From Octopus sinensis (Eukaryota), in the NCBI RefSeq assembly GCF_006345805.1, contig NC_043006.1, forward strand, positions 51,956,001 through 52,020,000: DNA of 64,000 bases, written 5' to 3'. Position numbers and translations under genes: made by a program. This document shows positions 1 to 13,756 of the stretch, one piece after another. Every line of letters begins with the position of its first letter. Position 1 is the first letter of the stretch. The notes below the pieces were generated by a model. It was given only the letters and a program-made list of their open reading frames with translations, did not search any database and was not told where the DNA came from.

Positions 1-148
1 GGATATTACTGCTCATAAAAGATTTTGTATTTAAAGTTATATATAAAACAAATGAATATTAAAACTGTAGGATGGCTCAATACTTTATAGACCAGTAATA
101 TATCAATTCGTACAGGAGTTGACAGTAGTGGCTAACTAATCGTCATTA

Positions 149-194
149 GGCAATCTGATGACGATCAGTGAGCCCAAACTTCGAAGTAATTGTC
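149..194 (+). ncRNA. Degenerate type I hammerhead-like motif
   Basis: GGCAAT|CTGATGA|CGATC agt GAGCC|cAAA|CTTCGAAGT|A|ATTGTC. Stem I pairs, stem III ACTTCGAAGT is a perfect palindrome, GUA triplet present; G12 replaced by C and stem II mismatched. Confidence 0.5.
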
Positions 195-705
195 AAACTT
201 TCCTAGTAATAATTTATACATATATATAAATTTATATTTTAATTAATTTTCATTGTAGCTTTGATATAGTTTTAATAATTTCAACAGTGTCAATATAAGT
301 TTTTTTTTATAGTTTGAACATCGTTTCAACATCGTTTTAACATAATTTCAATATAATTTCAACACAATTTCAATTTCCTTTCGATATAGTATTAATATAT
401 TTCCAACACAGTAATATCATAGAACGAACATAGAAAATACCTCTAAAGTCACCCCTGAGATACCTGATCGTGTTAGACCGGGCGACAAATTAAAGCTATA
501 ATCTAAGAACAATCCATCCGATGAGTTTCTCACATTTCCGTTCATCAATTTTCCAGACAAATCTTGAGTCATTACGGGGCTATCTATAGCAGTGGTACTA
601 ACTCAGCTATCTTGAAATATGTTTGAAACCTCTACCACGTGAATGCGAAGAAAATTTTCATTCAAACCTTGGTGATACTAATATAGCTTTAGATGTCCCA
701 ACATC

Positions 706-1042
706 GGAGACCCTCTTTGGTCAGGAATGACCACGGGATTGCACCTAGAAAGTTACCCTCCGAGGCATAAGTCCGGGTAAGTTTGTTTATGGAAGACCAG
801 CAGTCGCCCATACTTACCAGCCTCCCCTCTCCACGCCACCGATGTTATCCAAGGAAAAGGCAAAGTCCGATACAGCTTGGCACCAATGACGTCGCAACTC
901 ATTTCTACAGCTGAGTTAACTGGAGCAACGTGAAATAAAGTGTCTTGCTCAAGAGCACAACACGCAGCCCGGTCCGGGATTCGAACTCACAACCTCACGG
1001 TCGTAAGTTCGACTCTCTAACCACTGAGCCATGCGCCTTCAC
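706..1042 (-). mobile_element. tRNA-derived SINE, family A
   Basis: Minus strand begins GTGAAGGCGCATGGCTCAGTGGTTAGAG (A box) with GTTCGAATCC (B box); near-identical copy at 39198-39540. Confidence 0.85.
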
Positions 1043-1640
1043 ATATATTTAATATAATTTCAACATTGATTGGGTACAGTTTCAAAATAAATTCTATATT
1101 GTTCCCACACTGCTACACTGTAGTTTCAACAGTGCTACAATACAGATCCAACATAATTGCTGTATTATTTCAGAATTGCTACAGTATAGTTTCAATATTG
1201 TTACAACGTAGTTTCTGCATTGTAACAGAATAGTTTAACTTCAATGTTATTTAATTGTAACATCACTGCCATATAATATCAACATAATTGCTGTATACTT
1301 TTAACACTGTTTATAGTTTCCACATTGTTACAAGATAATTGCAACAGTGTAACTTTATAAGTCCCAACAGTATTTCAACATACTTTAACATAATTGCCAT
1401 ATAGATTCAATATAGCTGCAATATTGTAACAAAATAGTTTCAATACTGTTATAATATAGCTTCAACATTGTTACAATATAGTTCCAACATTGTCACAATG
1501 AAGTTTATTTTTTTTTACATAATTGCTATATCGCTTCAAAATTGTTTCAACATTGTTACAAAATATTTTCATCGTTCGCAATTCAAACCTTCAGAGTCAG
1601 CAAAACAATTTAACATCTCATTGCAAAAGAAAATACTCAG
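1040..1640. repeat. Degenerate AT-rich tandem repeat (units like TAGTTTCAACATTGTTACA)
   Basis: Many imperfect TTTCAACA/ATTGTTAC units; similar tract at about 230-410. Confidence 0.5.
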
Positions 1641-1780
1641 AAAGACAATCTGTTGAAATCTGATAATAATATCACCTAAACAGAAAATAATATGCTGCTT
1701 TTGCTAGAGTGAAATTCTTAGTTCATTATGGCAGCAATATATGTAAAGAATGGACTTCACTAAAATGGAAACTGATATAA

Positions 1781-2012
1781 CGGCGGCGAACTGGCAGAAA
1801 CGTTAGTACGCCGGGCGAAATGCTTAGCGGTATTTCGCCTGCTGCTACGTTCTGAGTTCAAATTCTGCCGAGGTCGACTTTGCCTTTCATCCTTTCGGGG
1901 TCTATTAAATAAGTACCAGTTACACACTGGGGTCGATACAATCGACTTAATCCGTTTGTCTGTCCTTGTTTGTCCCCTCTATATTTAGCCCCTTGTGTGT
2001 AATAAAGAAATA
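1781..2012 (+). mobile_element. SINE family C (GGCGGCGAGCTGGCAGAA head; central GTCGACTTTGCCTTTCATCCTTTCGGGGTC block resembling the Meta-SINE domain)
   Basis: 14-bp target-site duplication GGAAACTGATATAA at 1767-1780 and 2013-2026; many homologous copies in the window. Confidence 0.85.
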
Positions 2013-2930
2013 GGAAACTGATATAAAATAGAAAATCCTTGTATGTAAGTTAATTATCCTTTCAACTATTGTTAAATTTATATTGGCAATATTATTACGG
2101 GTACTATTATTGCTACAAATATTGTCAATATTATGACACGTGATATGTATGTATGTATTATGCATGCCTGTATGCCTGTATGTATATATGTAAATATTTG
2201 TGCATGCATAATTGTTCGCAAAATGTCTCGTAAAATATTCTCTAGACAGCAAAAAGCACGTTTAGATAGCTTCTAAGAGTTGAAGTCGTGTTTGCCGTAT
2301 ATAGGACAATCGTGATAATCTACAACAACAGGGAAAACAATTTCAACCGTCAAATTAGAAGTGTTTATTTGCACAAGAAAGAAATTTGTCGAAACATTGA
2401 GCAATTTTAAAATAAGTCGTTTTTAAGAAGATCAAATGAATAAACGAAAGGGAATTGGTCTTTATTTCAGGGGCAGAAAGAAAATCAGGATAAGCCGCCC
2501 TTAAATGTCTTTATGCACAAATATTAAATCTTAGTTGCTCTGATAACACATCTGAAAGTAAAGATTTGTTATTAATTAGTAAATCAAGAGTGTTCCTTAT
2601 ACTTACATATCACCGAACAAAGTCGACTGCGAGTCGCCCATTTTAACCCTGGCCTCATAGCAATTGTTGTTCTCCTCAATTTATATATAGGACACTTTTA
2701 CAGTTGTCCTATATTGAATAGTTCTTGTATTATCCTTGTTGCCGTTGGTTCTTTTTAAATTCCTTTTTTGTTTTGGTTTTTTTAGTTTTTAGTGATACAT
2801 CCGTAATAACTAGCAGAAAATAGTATTGAGATATAGAAGAAGAATAAACGCTATCAGTGTATATATAACCCAATATCTATACTCTATTATTTACAGCTTC
2901 ATTTGCTTCGAGAGCCACCATTTCGAAAAA

Positions 2931-2932
<2 letters not shown>

Positions 2933-3021
<89 letters not shown>
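2933..3021. repeat. (TA)n microsatellite
   Basis: Perfect dinucleotide run; one of dozens in the window. Confidence 0.95.
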
Positions 3022-3024
<3 letters not shown>

Positions 3025-6000
3025 TGTGCGTGTGTGTGTGTGTGTGTGCGTTGTATATGTGTTACTATTTATGTGTCTAAACAGTGAGTGAAAAGAGGAA
3101 AGGAGAGAGAGAAGAGGAGAGCTTAACTACATAATATTTACCGATTTCTTATCACTGTCATTGTTATTATTTCACAATATTTCCCTCCTTAGTATTTCGC
3201 ATTTCTATTATTATCGGTTTTATTTCTTCTTTCTGTCTTCGATATTATCATAAATATAATCCATTGAGAATATTACATCCGTGAAATTCATTTATTGTAA
3301 TAACATTGGGACTCCATCCTTTCAACTTTACAACAACTGTTCGTACAATACATCTGTCTTGTGAACATGCAGGAAGTTACTACGATATCCATTATTGGTC
3401 TTTCATTAATACATGATATAATTATATAACAGAAATCTCAGTGGTCCAGTGGAAAAGGTATTAGTATTTTTCGGTTATAAGCATTGTTAGTTCGTGTTTT
3501 GGGCAAAGGCATGCGCCGTGCCCGGTGGTTCGAGAGCGATTTAAACATATTAATACAGTTTTCAATGTCTGGGCTGAGAGCGAGGGAGGTAAGGATAAAA
3601 TCACAGAAAAACTGTGTGAGATATAGTTGGGTAGAATCAACCTCCGCAGTGAAAGGCGTAGTTGTTTGGATGTTGATGTGTTATTTCAGTGTTCTAGAAA
3701 TTAAGTTTGAATCCTTTGTTCTCACCAAAAAGAAAGAATAAGTGTGAATGGCTGAAAGTATGAAATTAATTTCCTACTTAGCTAATTACCAAGTGGTTTT
3801 TCTTTGGCCTTTTTTTCTTCACTTTCTTTCCTGTTTATATATTTAAAGATACAAATCACAATCATTATTTATCACCTTCGGGTTAAATTGACATTTAGCA
3901 CACATTACCTACCATCCTTAGACGAAATGTAAAATAAAGATGAAATATCCGAAAGATGGACCAAATGCTTCTTTAAAAGCAGTTTGAGTGTAGAACATAT
4001 CTGAATACCAACTTGGGAAAGATGGTGTATTAAAATTATTTAATATGCAGAGACGTATGTAAGAGTCTAATGGGTTAAATGCAATGAAAAGTAAAAAAGG
4101 AAACAAATGTCCTTTGAGTAAGTGTAAAGAATAGAAAGAATGTAGTATTGTTGCTTGGATTGTAAGCCAGCAAAATTATTCTTTATCTCGTGATCTATAT
4201 CTGATGTACTTTTTATCTAGCACGATATTCATGATTATATGCTATATATATCTGATAACCTATATAGCCTAATATACTATACAGCCTAAAATGCTATTAT
4301 ATATACCTGATAAACCTAAATATTCTGATATTTATGTATCTGATATTTGTAGCTTATCAGATTATCAGATTACAAATTTTGATATGCTATCTGTATATCG
4401 GATAAGCGATCCATACTGATATGCTGTATCTCATGCAGGATTAGATTTCTATATTAATGTATTTCTTGTCGCCGAAAATGGAATGTCGCTTTTGGTCTTT
4501 GCTCTTTAAAACCGTGCGTTTATAAATATCTAGAACTGCAAATATGTATATCTGTAGACGTGTGTGCATATATGAATATATGTTCGTGTACAAATATATA
4601 GTATTTATAAGAGAGTGGAGAAAGAGTCTGTAATTACTATACATGTGTATTATATATATAGTTGTATGTATGCGTATGTGTAACTTTTTATGTACGTACA
4701 GTTGTTTAGTTGTATCACACCCCCTCTCTGTTTTTCTCTTCTCTTCCCTCTTCTGTGTGGCTTATACGTGTGTGTCTGTGTGTATGTGTGTGTATGCTTA
4801 TATTTCAAGATGTGTATATCTATATCTGTCCAGTTATGTATGTGAGTAAATATAACAGTATGAGTTTTGATTATTGCGTGTATATATAAATAGTGTGTGT
4901 ATGAGTGTGTGTGTGCGTGTGTGTATTCAATCGCCTGAAAATCGGCAGCAAGGAACACCGAAGTGTAGTAACTCACACGGTCGCAGCTTTAAATAAAGAT
5001 GTGTATTTGTAAATGTGTGTAAGCGCTTACGTATGGTGTGTATGTGCTTGTATCACAGTTCTTGTATATCGCTATATCTACCGACCAGCTCAAGTTAATT
5101 TTCTAAGTATATGTAGGTGCGTGACTATGAGTATATATGCACGTATGAATATGTATGTGTGCGATTACATTAACCATATATCCGGTGATGAAATATTAAA
5201 AACTGGCAAATGTATGTAAATATGTTCTCTCTCTCTATATATAGTTACGTGTATGTATGTACGTGTGTGTGCATGTGTGTATGTGTATGCGTGTGTGCAT
5301 ATGTATAGGCAGCATATGGCATTTGTTTGCACATATAATTAGAGGTGGGAGTTGTCCTTTGATTTTTAGGTATGCGTCGACATATATAAATTATTACTCC
5401 GTTCGATGAATATGAGTTAATCTTGACGACTCTCGACTGAAGCAGCTACTGAATCTGTTGCTGCTGCTGTTGTTGTTATCGTTGCTGCATTTGATGGCTA
5501 GGACGATAACGATGACGACGACGACGACGACGATGATGACTATATCACTGTGTTAGATTTCCTTGTTTACACTTGACAGCTGTGGCCGTTGGTGGTTATC
5601 GTTATTATTGCCTTTAGCAATGTTGTTGCTGATATCGTGTACTACAGGCAAGATTGGTCTTATTCTTGAATGTTCTTCTTCGCTCCAAACCTTATCAATT
5701 CTTGTTACACTATAGAAACAGTTTGATGTTGTAACTGTAACTAGTCAAATAAATGTTGTTTAGATTCAGGTCAACCTTCATCTAGCAGACCCATAACGAA
5801 AGGCGTTCCAGCCATGACTCTCACCTTTATTTGCATTTATTTGTATTGAGAATGCAATTGTAATTTGAGAAATGGAGATGTGTTTGTAATTTCTGGCAGG
5901 TCGAGCGACTAATAAATTCTTCCTCCTTCCTGTTGTTGTTTAACTCCAGGTCAGCTTAGAGGGAACCTGAACTAAAAGGTAATCTAAGCGCGACCCTATT

Positions 6001-6255
6001 GCATTTTTGTTAATAGGCAGGGCTACATTAGCCATTTTTAAGATGGTAGTGTATAAATACGAAAGGATTTAGTCATTTTCCAAAGAACCAGCAGGCACGC
6101 AGACGTTCCACGTTGCTATAGTAAACGTCTGTTATTCAGTAATTCCACTTAAAGATCTCCAGACACAGGTTCACTTAGCTGTATTATATCTCTGAAACGT
6201 TTCGACTCTGGAATGAAATAAGAAAACAATAAATGAGATTTGTGTTATTAATATG

Positions 6256-6379
6256 TGTATATGCATGCATGTATGTATGTATGTATGTATGTATGTATGT
6301 ATGTATGTATGTATGTATGTATGCATGCATGTATGTATGTATGTATGTATGCATGCATGTATGCATGCATGTATGTATG

Positions 6380-6413
<34 letters not shown>

Positions 6414-6484
6414 TGTATGTATGTATGTATGCATGCATGTATGCATGCATGTATGTATGTATATATGTATGTATGTATGTATGT
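6256..6484. repeat. (TATG)n/(CATG) microsatellite
   Basis: Tetranucleotide run; source of the spurious MYVC/HTYI ORFs. Confidence 0.95.
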
Positions 6485-6712
6485 ATTTATCTCTCTCTCC
6501 CTCACACACACTGGCTGTCTGTCTCTCTCTATGTATATATATATATTCATACATACACACATACATACATATATATGTATATATAAACATATATATATAT
6601 ACATACAGTTCTCTATTTAAGAGATGAAGAATTATGTACATTATTTACATTATTTACATTATTTACATTATTTACATTCGACGGATATTTATCCTCATCT
6701 TGTTTGTTGTTA

Positions 6713-6756
6713 ACACAACGTTTCGGCTGATATACCATCCAGTCTTCTTCAGGTGT
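6713..6756 (-). ncRNA. Type I hammerhead-like motif, canonical core, PLE pLTR type
   Basis: Minus strand: ACAC|CTGAAGA|A|GACTG gatggtatat CAGCC|GAAA|CGT|T|GTGT. Stem I 4 bp, ACGT palindrome, GUU triplet. Confidence 0.75.
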
Positions 6757-8565
6757 CTTGGGGAAATTTCGAACATGGGTTCTTATATGCTCACGGGCAT
6801 ATGGCGTAGTGGTTAAGAGCGCGAGCTACTAACTCCAAGAAAGAGAGAGGGAAAGAGAGAGAAAGAGAAAGAGAGAGAAAGAAAGAGAAAGGGAGAGAAA
6901 GAAAGAGAGCGAGTGTCACTAATACATACATTCGAAAAATACATACATGACACAACTTCACTCACTCCCTCTCTCTCTCTGTTTCTCTCATGCACATGCG
7001 CGCGCACACCCACCCACACACACGCGTCCATTTCATATTCACGTACATAGTCTTTTATTTTCTCCTCTCTTTCACTTTCTGGTCTCACTTCAAATCAAAT
7101 GTCACCTTTTCACTTTCTCCTCTCTTTCAATTTCTGTTCTCTTCAAAGCATAAAGAAACCAAAAATTTTACGGTGACTAACGAACAATCATATGATCGAG
7201 TGGACATCTTTGCTACTCCAAACGAAGAGAATGTCATAAAATAACTTCCTTTGGCATACACACACACATACAAACACACACTCTCTCTCTCTTTCTCTCT
7301 CTATACGTAAAACTTCTTTACGAATTATGTTATTTTTTGCTGTGTGCCCCACCAAAATTACAGCACAACTCCAATTGAAATGACCTTTTTCTATTTTGTA
7401 ATTTGTGTTTGTGATGAGCGTATTAAAAAATCTGATCTTCGATATAAACTTAAAAGGAAGTTTTACCAGAAATCCTGTCCTTTACCTGCTGTTTCTAGCA
7501 TGTCCAAAGTGACATTTTCGCACCCCAATTATATTTTTTCCTAAATTTCATCCGATTCCTATGTCTTCAATACAGATTAGGATTTCGCCCCAATATCACG
7601 TTCTCCAATATTTTAGTTTTCTCCTTCCCCACCCCAATTTCCTCCTTTTTACTTTTTTCCAAATTTTTTTCTTGGTAATCCACAGAGGAAAAAAACAGAA
7701 AGTACGAATTTTTAAAAATTTTCTTCTTCCTTTTTTTTTAAAGAAGCACTAAAATCTCCTTCTCAAACATTCATCCATCACCTCACCACTTTCAAAAAGC
7801 TACAAATTCTCAATGTTTCACTTTTACATTAAGAAGTTTCTTCAGAAATAATGTCGTTTACCTGTTGTTTCTAGTATATCGCGTTTTCTGGTGATGGTTT
7901 GGTATTTTTTACGTCTGCTATTTCAGTACAATTCTACGCATGCTTGAAACATTTGACGAAGGTGAAACAGTGGAAGGTTTTAGCTTTTTGAAAGCGGGTA
8001 GGTGATGGGTGGGCGAGTGGGGGAAAGGGGCATTGAGTGTTTCTTTAAGAAAAATTAATCTTTAAGAAAAAGAATGTATATATCCCAGATTCGTAACCAC
8101 TATATTTTTCTATGTGGATAAAAACAAAATTCGAAAAAAATTACAAATTAAGAAATTGTGGTGGGGATGGGGAGAAATTAAAATTTTGAAAACGTGATTT
8201 CTAGGCAAAATCCTATTAACCCTCTTTTATTCGATGAAACAATACATAGTTTGTGATCCTTCTTAAAAACAGAAAACACTTTCATGCAAGCCCATGAAAA
8301 TTGTACCCTCCTGTCCTTCACTTTTAAACAAACAATAACTTCCATTACGTTAACAATCCAGTTCACTACATATCAGCTGTACCGATTCTGCGAAAAGAAC
8401 AAATACAATGTGGATGTAGGTCATAACACCCGAGCAACACCGGGATGCTTGCTAATATATAATAAAATATATATTATATATCATATACATACATATATGC
8501 ATATATATACATACATACATACATACATACATACATACACACACACACATATATATACACACACA

Positions 8566-8619
<54 letters not shown>

Positions 8620-8627
8620 CATACATA

Positions 8628-8700
8628 CTTTATTTAAAAGCAGCAGAAATATAGCAAAAGCTGTTACTCAGAGTTTCACGTTCCCGTTCGTCGGACAGTT
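8628..8700 (-). ncRNA. Single-arm relative of hairpin family B containing a hammerhead-like motif (8661-8698)
   Basis: Minus strand: CTGT|CCGACGA|ACG GGAA CGT|GAAA|CTCTGAGT|A|ACAG. Shares the terminus CTTTATTTAAA(A)GCAGCAGAAA with copies at 27928, 31266 and 53276. Confidence 0.7.
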
Positions 8701-9528
8701 TTGTTAAAATAGAACAGAATTAGCGATATGATCAAAACTAGTTAAAGAATACACCTTTAAAATGGAATTGTTTCAGTGGTCCTTTCAAATAACGGTCTTA
8801 AGCATGCAATAAGCAAAATAAACAAAATAAATTAATTCAATATAAATTCATCCTATTATTTTTCCTCGATTTTTTTATAATAGGATGAATTTATGAAGTC
8901 CTGTGGTCGATTTGCTCACATACTGGACTTTCTCCACACACACACACACACTGGACTTTCTCCAGTATATTCTGGACTTTCTCCCTCTTCTTGCTCTATT
9001 AGAGAATTTGAGTAAAATTTTATTAATGTGTCCAACTGATTAAAAAATATGTTCATTTATGCAGCTGAGGATAGCCCTGCATTTAAATTGATGTAATGGT
9101 TGCATTGTTCAATTAAATAGAGCCGCTTGAAACGGTCGTACTGCATCATCTCTTCATATCCTGTTGCTTATTTTGATTTTATCTATCTATCTATCTATCT
9201 ATCTATCTGAGATATGTGTGTGAGTGTATTTATATTTGTATGTATGCATGTATGCATGCATGTAAGTACGTATGTAATACTTTATTATATTTTATGTCGT
9301 GTAATAACTAAGACTGTATTGTAGTATAAAGTTTAACACGAACTAGACGACAATAAAATTGTTCATCCAACGGCAATAAATATGAGGCGGCAACGAAATA
9401 AATCTATGAAGGTCCTATATAAATATTGCTGACTTACTTCTGACAAATCCATTATATTTGATCGATATTTAATGATATCCAATTTTTCTAAATTATTTTG
9501 CTGTTACACATTATATGTATGTATGTCG

Positions 9529-9860
9529 TCTTTTATTCTTTTACTTGTTTCAGTCATTTGACTGCAGCCATGCTGGAGCCCCGCCTTTAGTCGAGCAAAT
9601 CTACACCAGGACTTTACTCTTTGCAAGCCTAGTACTTATTCTGTCGGTCTCTTTTGCCGAATCACTAAGTTACGGGTACGTAAACACACTAGCATCGGTT
9701 GTCAAGTGATGGCGGGGTGACAAACACAGACACAGACACAGACACACAGACACCCACACACACACACAAACACCCCCCCCCCCCCCACACACACACTCAC
9801 ACACACACACACGCACACTCACACACACACACACACGCACACTCACACACACACACACAT

Positions 9861-9903
<43 letters not shown>

Positions 9904-10066
9904 CATACGACAGGCTTCTTTCAGTTTCCATCTACCAAATCCACTCACAAGGCTTTGGTCTGCCCGAGGTTATAGTAGAAGACGCTTGCCCAAGGTGCCA
10001 CGCAGTGGGACTGAACCCAGAACCATGTGGTTGGTTAGCAAGCTCCTTACCACACAGCCACTCCTG
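9529..10066 (-). mobile_element. SINE family D (bipartite, internal microsatellite)
   Basis: Head ...CTGTGTGGTAAG...TTCTGGGTTCAGTCCCACTGCGTGGCACCTTGGGCAAG; internal (TA)/(CA) tract; conserved 3' half. Homologous copies elsewhere in the window. Confidence 0.85.
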
Positions 10067-10137
10067 TGTATGTATGTATGTATGTATGTATGTATGTATG
10101 TAGCTGTTTGTGTGTCTACGGAAACCACTTAGTCTCT

Positions 10138-11175
10138 TATGAATATGGAAAGCTTTGACCTTGGCTACCCCACTAAGAATACACCCAGGCCATTTAATGA
10201 GCTGTACACTCGAACACTGCTAGAAAAAAATATGGACGAATAAGGCGAATGAGATGGAAGGCCTTCTAGCCACGCCATTCCCGGAGAGCAATACTTATAG
10301 AATTAAATCTAGAAAATACCCACCCAAGGTCAAGGACCTCGAGCTCTTCGAAGCAGTCCTGGGCATCATTTCCAAGCTAAAATTCCGTAAGTCCTCTTGC
10401 TCCTTCCAACGTAAGCTTCGTGCTGACATTAGATTGTTAAAATCTCGGATAGCTCCCTAATCTCAGATAAGACTAAAAACCTATATAAGATAGACACCCT
10501 TGATTACGATAGGCTGCTAGAAAACAATATTATACAGAATTCTAGGCGCGCTTCTCCCACACATACAACAACATCAGCAGTGAAGCCAAACAGTTAGCCA
10601 ACGACCTAGATATAGCAGATAGGGTAGAGATCTTAGCTAAAATGAACGCCTTTATTACAATCAAAATCATAAACCGAACTTTGCCTGAAACTCCAAATGC
10701 TGCTTGATTAATCCGGCCAAATTTGATATTGGTCTTGCAAGCAAGCATATATTGAGAAACATCACTAACGACATAAAGAGAGCCACCAACCTTTCCCTAT
10801 GGCGTAGCACCAAAGAGGTGATTGCATGGTTTAATACCAACAAGGGGAGCGACACCGATTTTTACCTGTCTGTATCAAAAAGATTACTGTTTAAAGTACT
10901 TTCCTTTGCTAGGAGCTTCACTGACGTTAGCAACAGGGATATGGATATCATTATGCACGCCAAAAAACAGTGTTGTTCAATAATGGTTCGACTTGGTTGA
11001 AGCACTCCGACCCCGCGGGCTCTTTTGACGTAGCGATGGGTACCTACGACAGCGCTGATATATGCGACCTCATTGGGTTGTATATCCTTGATACCCTTAA
11101 GAAAAAGTTCCCCTCTGTCCTCTTTGGTCTCTACAGAGATGGCACCCTGGCCATCTCTAAAGGCGCAAACGGCAC
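10138..11175 (+). pseudogene. Penelope-like element RT remnant (Naiad-like), N-terminus to RT core, frameshifted
   Basis: Fragments KYPPKVKDLELFE, LINPAKFDIGLASKHIL, FDVAMGTYDSADICDLIGLYIL and GLYRDG match PLE RT motifs. Confidence 0.8.
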
Positions 11176-12340
11176 ATACTACCGCGGACTTCTTAGTCGC
11201 ATCCTTGAAGCGCTCAGCTTTATAGAGGACTCTTCAGGCTCCAAGTCAATTTACCGTTTGGTGTAGAGATGCACGGTAGATGTTCAAAGAGAATTAAGTT
11301 GAAAATCATATGTGGTCGTGTACATTTATTACATTTAGGAGTGACAAGTCTTATATTAATTTTTCAGAATGCAGTGAGAGGAAAAAAGTACCAAGTGAAG
11401 GCCTCATAGTACGATCGGCCAGTATGATAATGCAAATTTACGCTCATGTGGCAGGAGTAGAAAACCTCACTTTTACAATTTAGATTGGTGCCTAAGTGGA
11501 ATTCTTTACGATGCTCCTTTATTCAGCGAAGCAAAGCTCGTATGGTCTACTGCTGTTAAACTAAGGCTTACATTTTCTGATATCTTTCACTTGATGTCGT
11601 AATGCGTATAATTTTTCTTCAATGTTCAAATATTCTTGGTTAGAGATGTGACATTTCATCTCTCTTAGATATTTAACAAGAACTTGGCCCTATCGATTCT
11701 GTCCTGCCCACATATTTCCTCATGCTCGTCGCTCCATTTGGGGTCTTTTGATGTCACTTCCACCAAACATACAACGGATTCTGTATTACAAATGGTTGTT
11801 TAGTTGACATATGGAGTTATCTTCTCTTGGGCAGCTTACGTCTGTTTCAAGATTAGGCATACTTACTAATATTCTCTTTATGCTAAACGCAGCGTGAAAG
11901 AAGGATAAAAAGTAATAATCCTTTCTTCACATTGTCCTTTACTCTTTGAAGACTCATATCCACCTTAGTTTCTCTTCAAAAATGGACCTAGTAACTTCTA
12001 TCAACCTTTATTTTCCTCGATACTTCAACAATGGGCTGCTAACGGATATTATTTTTCACTAAAGATTTCATTGATTCTTCGATCATGGACTACCAACCAC
12101 TATTATCTTTTTACTTCAGACACTCTTCAACGAAATGGTAGCTACTAATAAAGATATTCATTATTTATTTCTCTCTCTCTTCAATAATAGAATACTTAGC
12201 TTAATAACGCATGCTCCATAGCACATGTTTTGCCTCTCTGTTTCCTGTTTCTAATATATATACATACATATATATATACATACATATATTCCATCTTCTG
12301 TCTTTCATTTGCTATATATATATATATATATATATATTTC

Positions 12341-13624
12341 AGGTCATCTCATAAGTTCTGTCTGATTTTATCTTTTTTAAAATTGAAAGAAATTTAATAG
12401 TATTTTAGAATGTCTAATGGAGTTTAAAATTATTTTTATGCATTTGTGTACATTGAAAGTAATTAAATAATATTTTACAGAAAAATAGAATTAAAATTTC
12501 TTTGATTAAAACCCTTTCTAACATGGAAGTATTCAATTGTCATTTGAAGCACATAATACTTTATGAGTACAAAAAGGAAAACTCTGCAGCCGAAGCGACT
12601 CGAAACATGCACACAGTTTATGGGAAAGAGTGCTTGAATGAAAGAACTTGCAGAAGATGGTTTGCAAAATTCAGAAGTGAAGATTTCAGCCTTGAAGATG
12701 AAGATCGAATAGAACGTCCAGTTGAGTTTGATGATAAGCTCCTTGAGGCATTACTTGAAGAAAATCCTGCATTATCAATTGAAGAATTTGCAATAAAGCT
12801 TAGTTCAAACCATACAACTGTTCATCGTCATTCTTCAACAATTTGGAAAGGTTCCTAAACTTGGAAAATAGGTACCTCATGAATTATCCGAAAGCAACCG
12901 CAAATCCCGAGTTGACATCTGCTCTTCTCTCCATTATCGCGAACTCATTTCACCCGTTTTTGGATAGACTTGTGACTGGTGACGAAAAATGGATCTTCTA
13001 TCGAACTGTTAAACGCCGTAAACAGTGGCGTGGTAAAAGGGAAAAGGCTGAACCACAACCGAGAAAGGAACTTCATGGAAAAAACGTTCTTCTCTTTATC
13101 TGGTAGGATTGCAAGGGAGTAATTCACTTTGAATTGTTACCACCTAATGCAACTGTCAATGCTCAAGTCTACAGTCAACAATTAGAGCGTTTGAACCAAG
13201 CTTTGAAGAAAAAAGACCCGCTTTAGTGAATCGGAAAGGTGTGATGATTCATCAGGACAATGCGCGACCCCACACTGCAAAGATCTCACCACAGAAGGTA
13301 GAAGAGCTTGGCTGGGAAAAAATTCCTCCTCCACCTTATTCTCCCGACCTTGCTCCTTCAGACTACCATTTATTTCGTAGTTTACAGAATCATTTGTGGG
13401 ACATACCTTTCGCAAGCTAGGAGGAGGTCGAAACCGACATTTCAGAGTTCTTCGCTTTGAAACCAAAAGAGTTTTACATTGATGGTATTAAAAGCTTGTA
13501 AATAGATGGAAGGAAGTCATAGATAATCAGGGAAAGTACATTGATGATTAAATTTCAATTAAATATAGCATTTGATCACTTGTTTTCTTTATTCAAAATT
13601 CAGACAGAACTTATGGCATGACCT
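12341..13624 (+). mobile_element. Mariner (DD34D) transposon, near full length, decayed transposase at about 12523-13551
   Basis: TIRs AGGTCATCTCATAAGTTCTGTCTGATTTT / AAAATTCAGACAGAACTTATGGCATGACCT; peptides LVTGDEKWIFY, HQDNARPH, YSPDLAPSDYHLF; frameshifts and stops. Confidence 0.92.
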
Positions 13625-13711
13625 CTGAGCGTCAAATAATACTTTATTTGTTCCACGTCCTCGCGTTACTGTGTTTTTTTTTCTGTGTTTTTTCTGTTTT
13701 CTTGTTTGGAT

Positions 13712-13754
<43 letters not shown>

Positions 13755-13756
<2 letters not shown>

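Noticed and set aside
7290-8455. Possible old non-autonomous Helitron with degenerate internal inverted repeats
   Set aside because: Only a 3' hairpin-like end (about 8428-8455) and weak internal similarity; boundaries not supportable.
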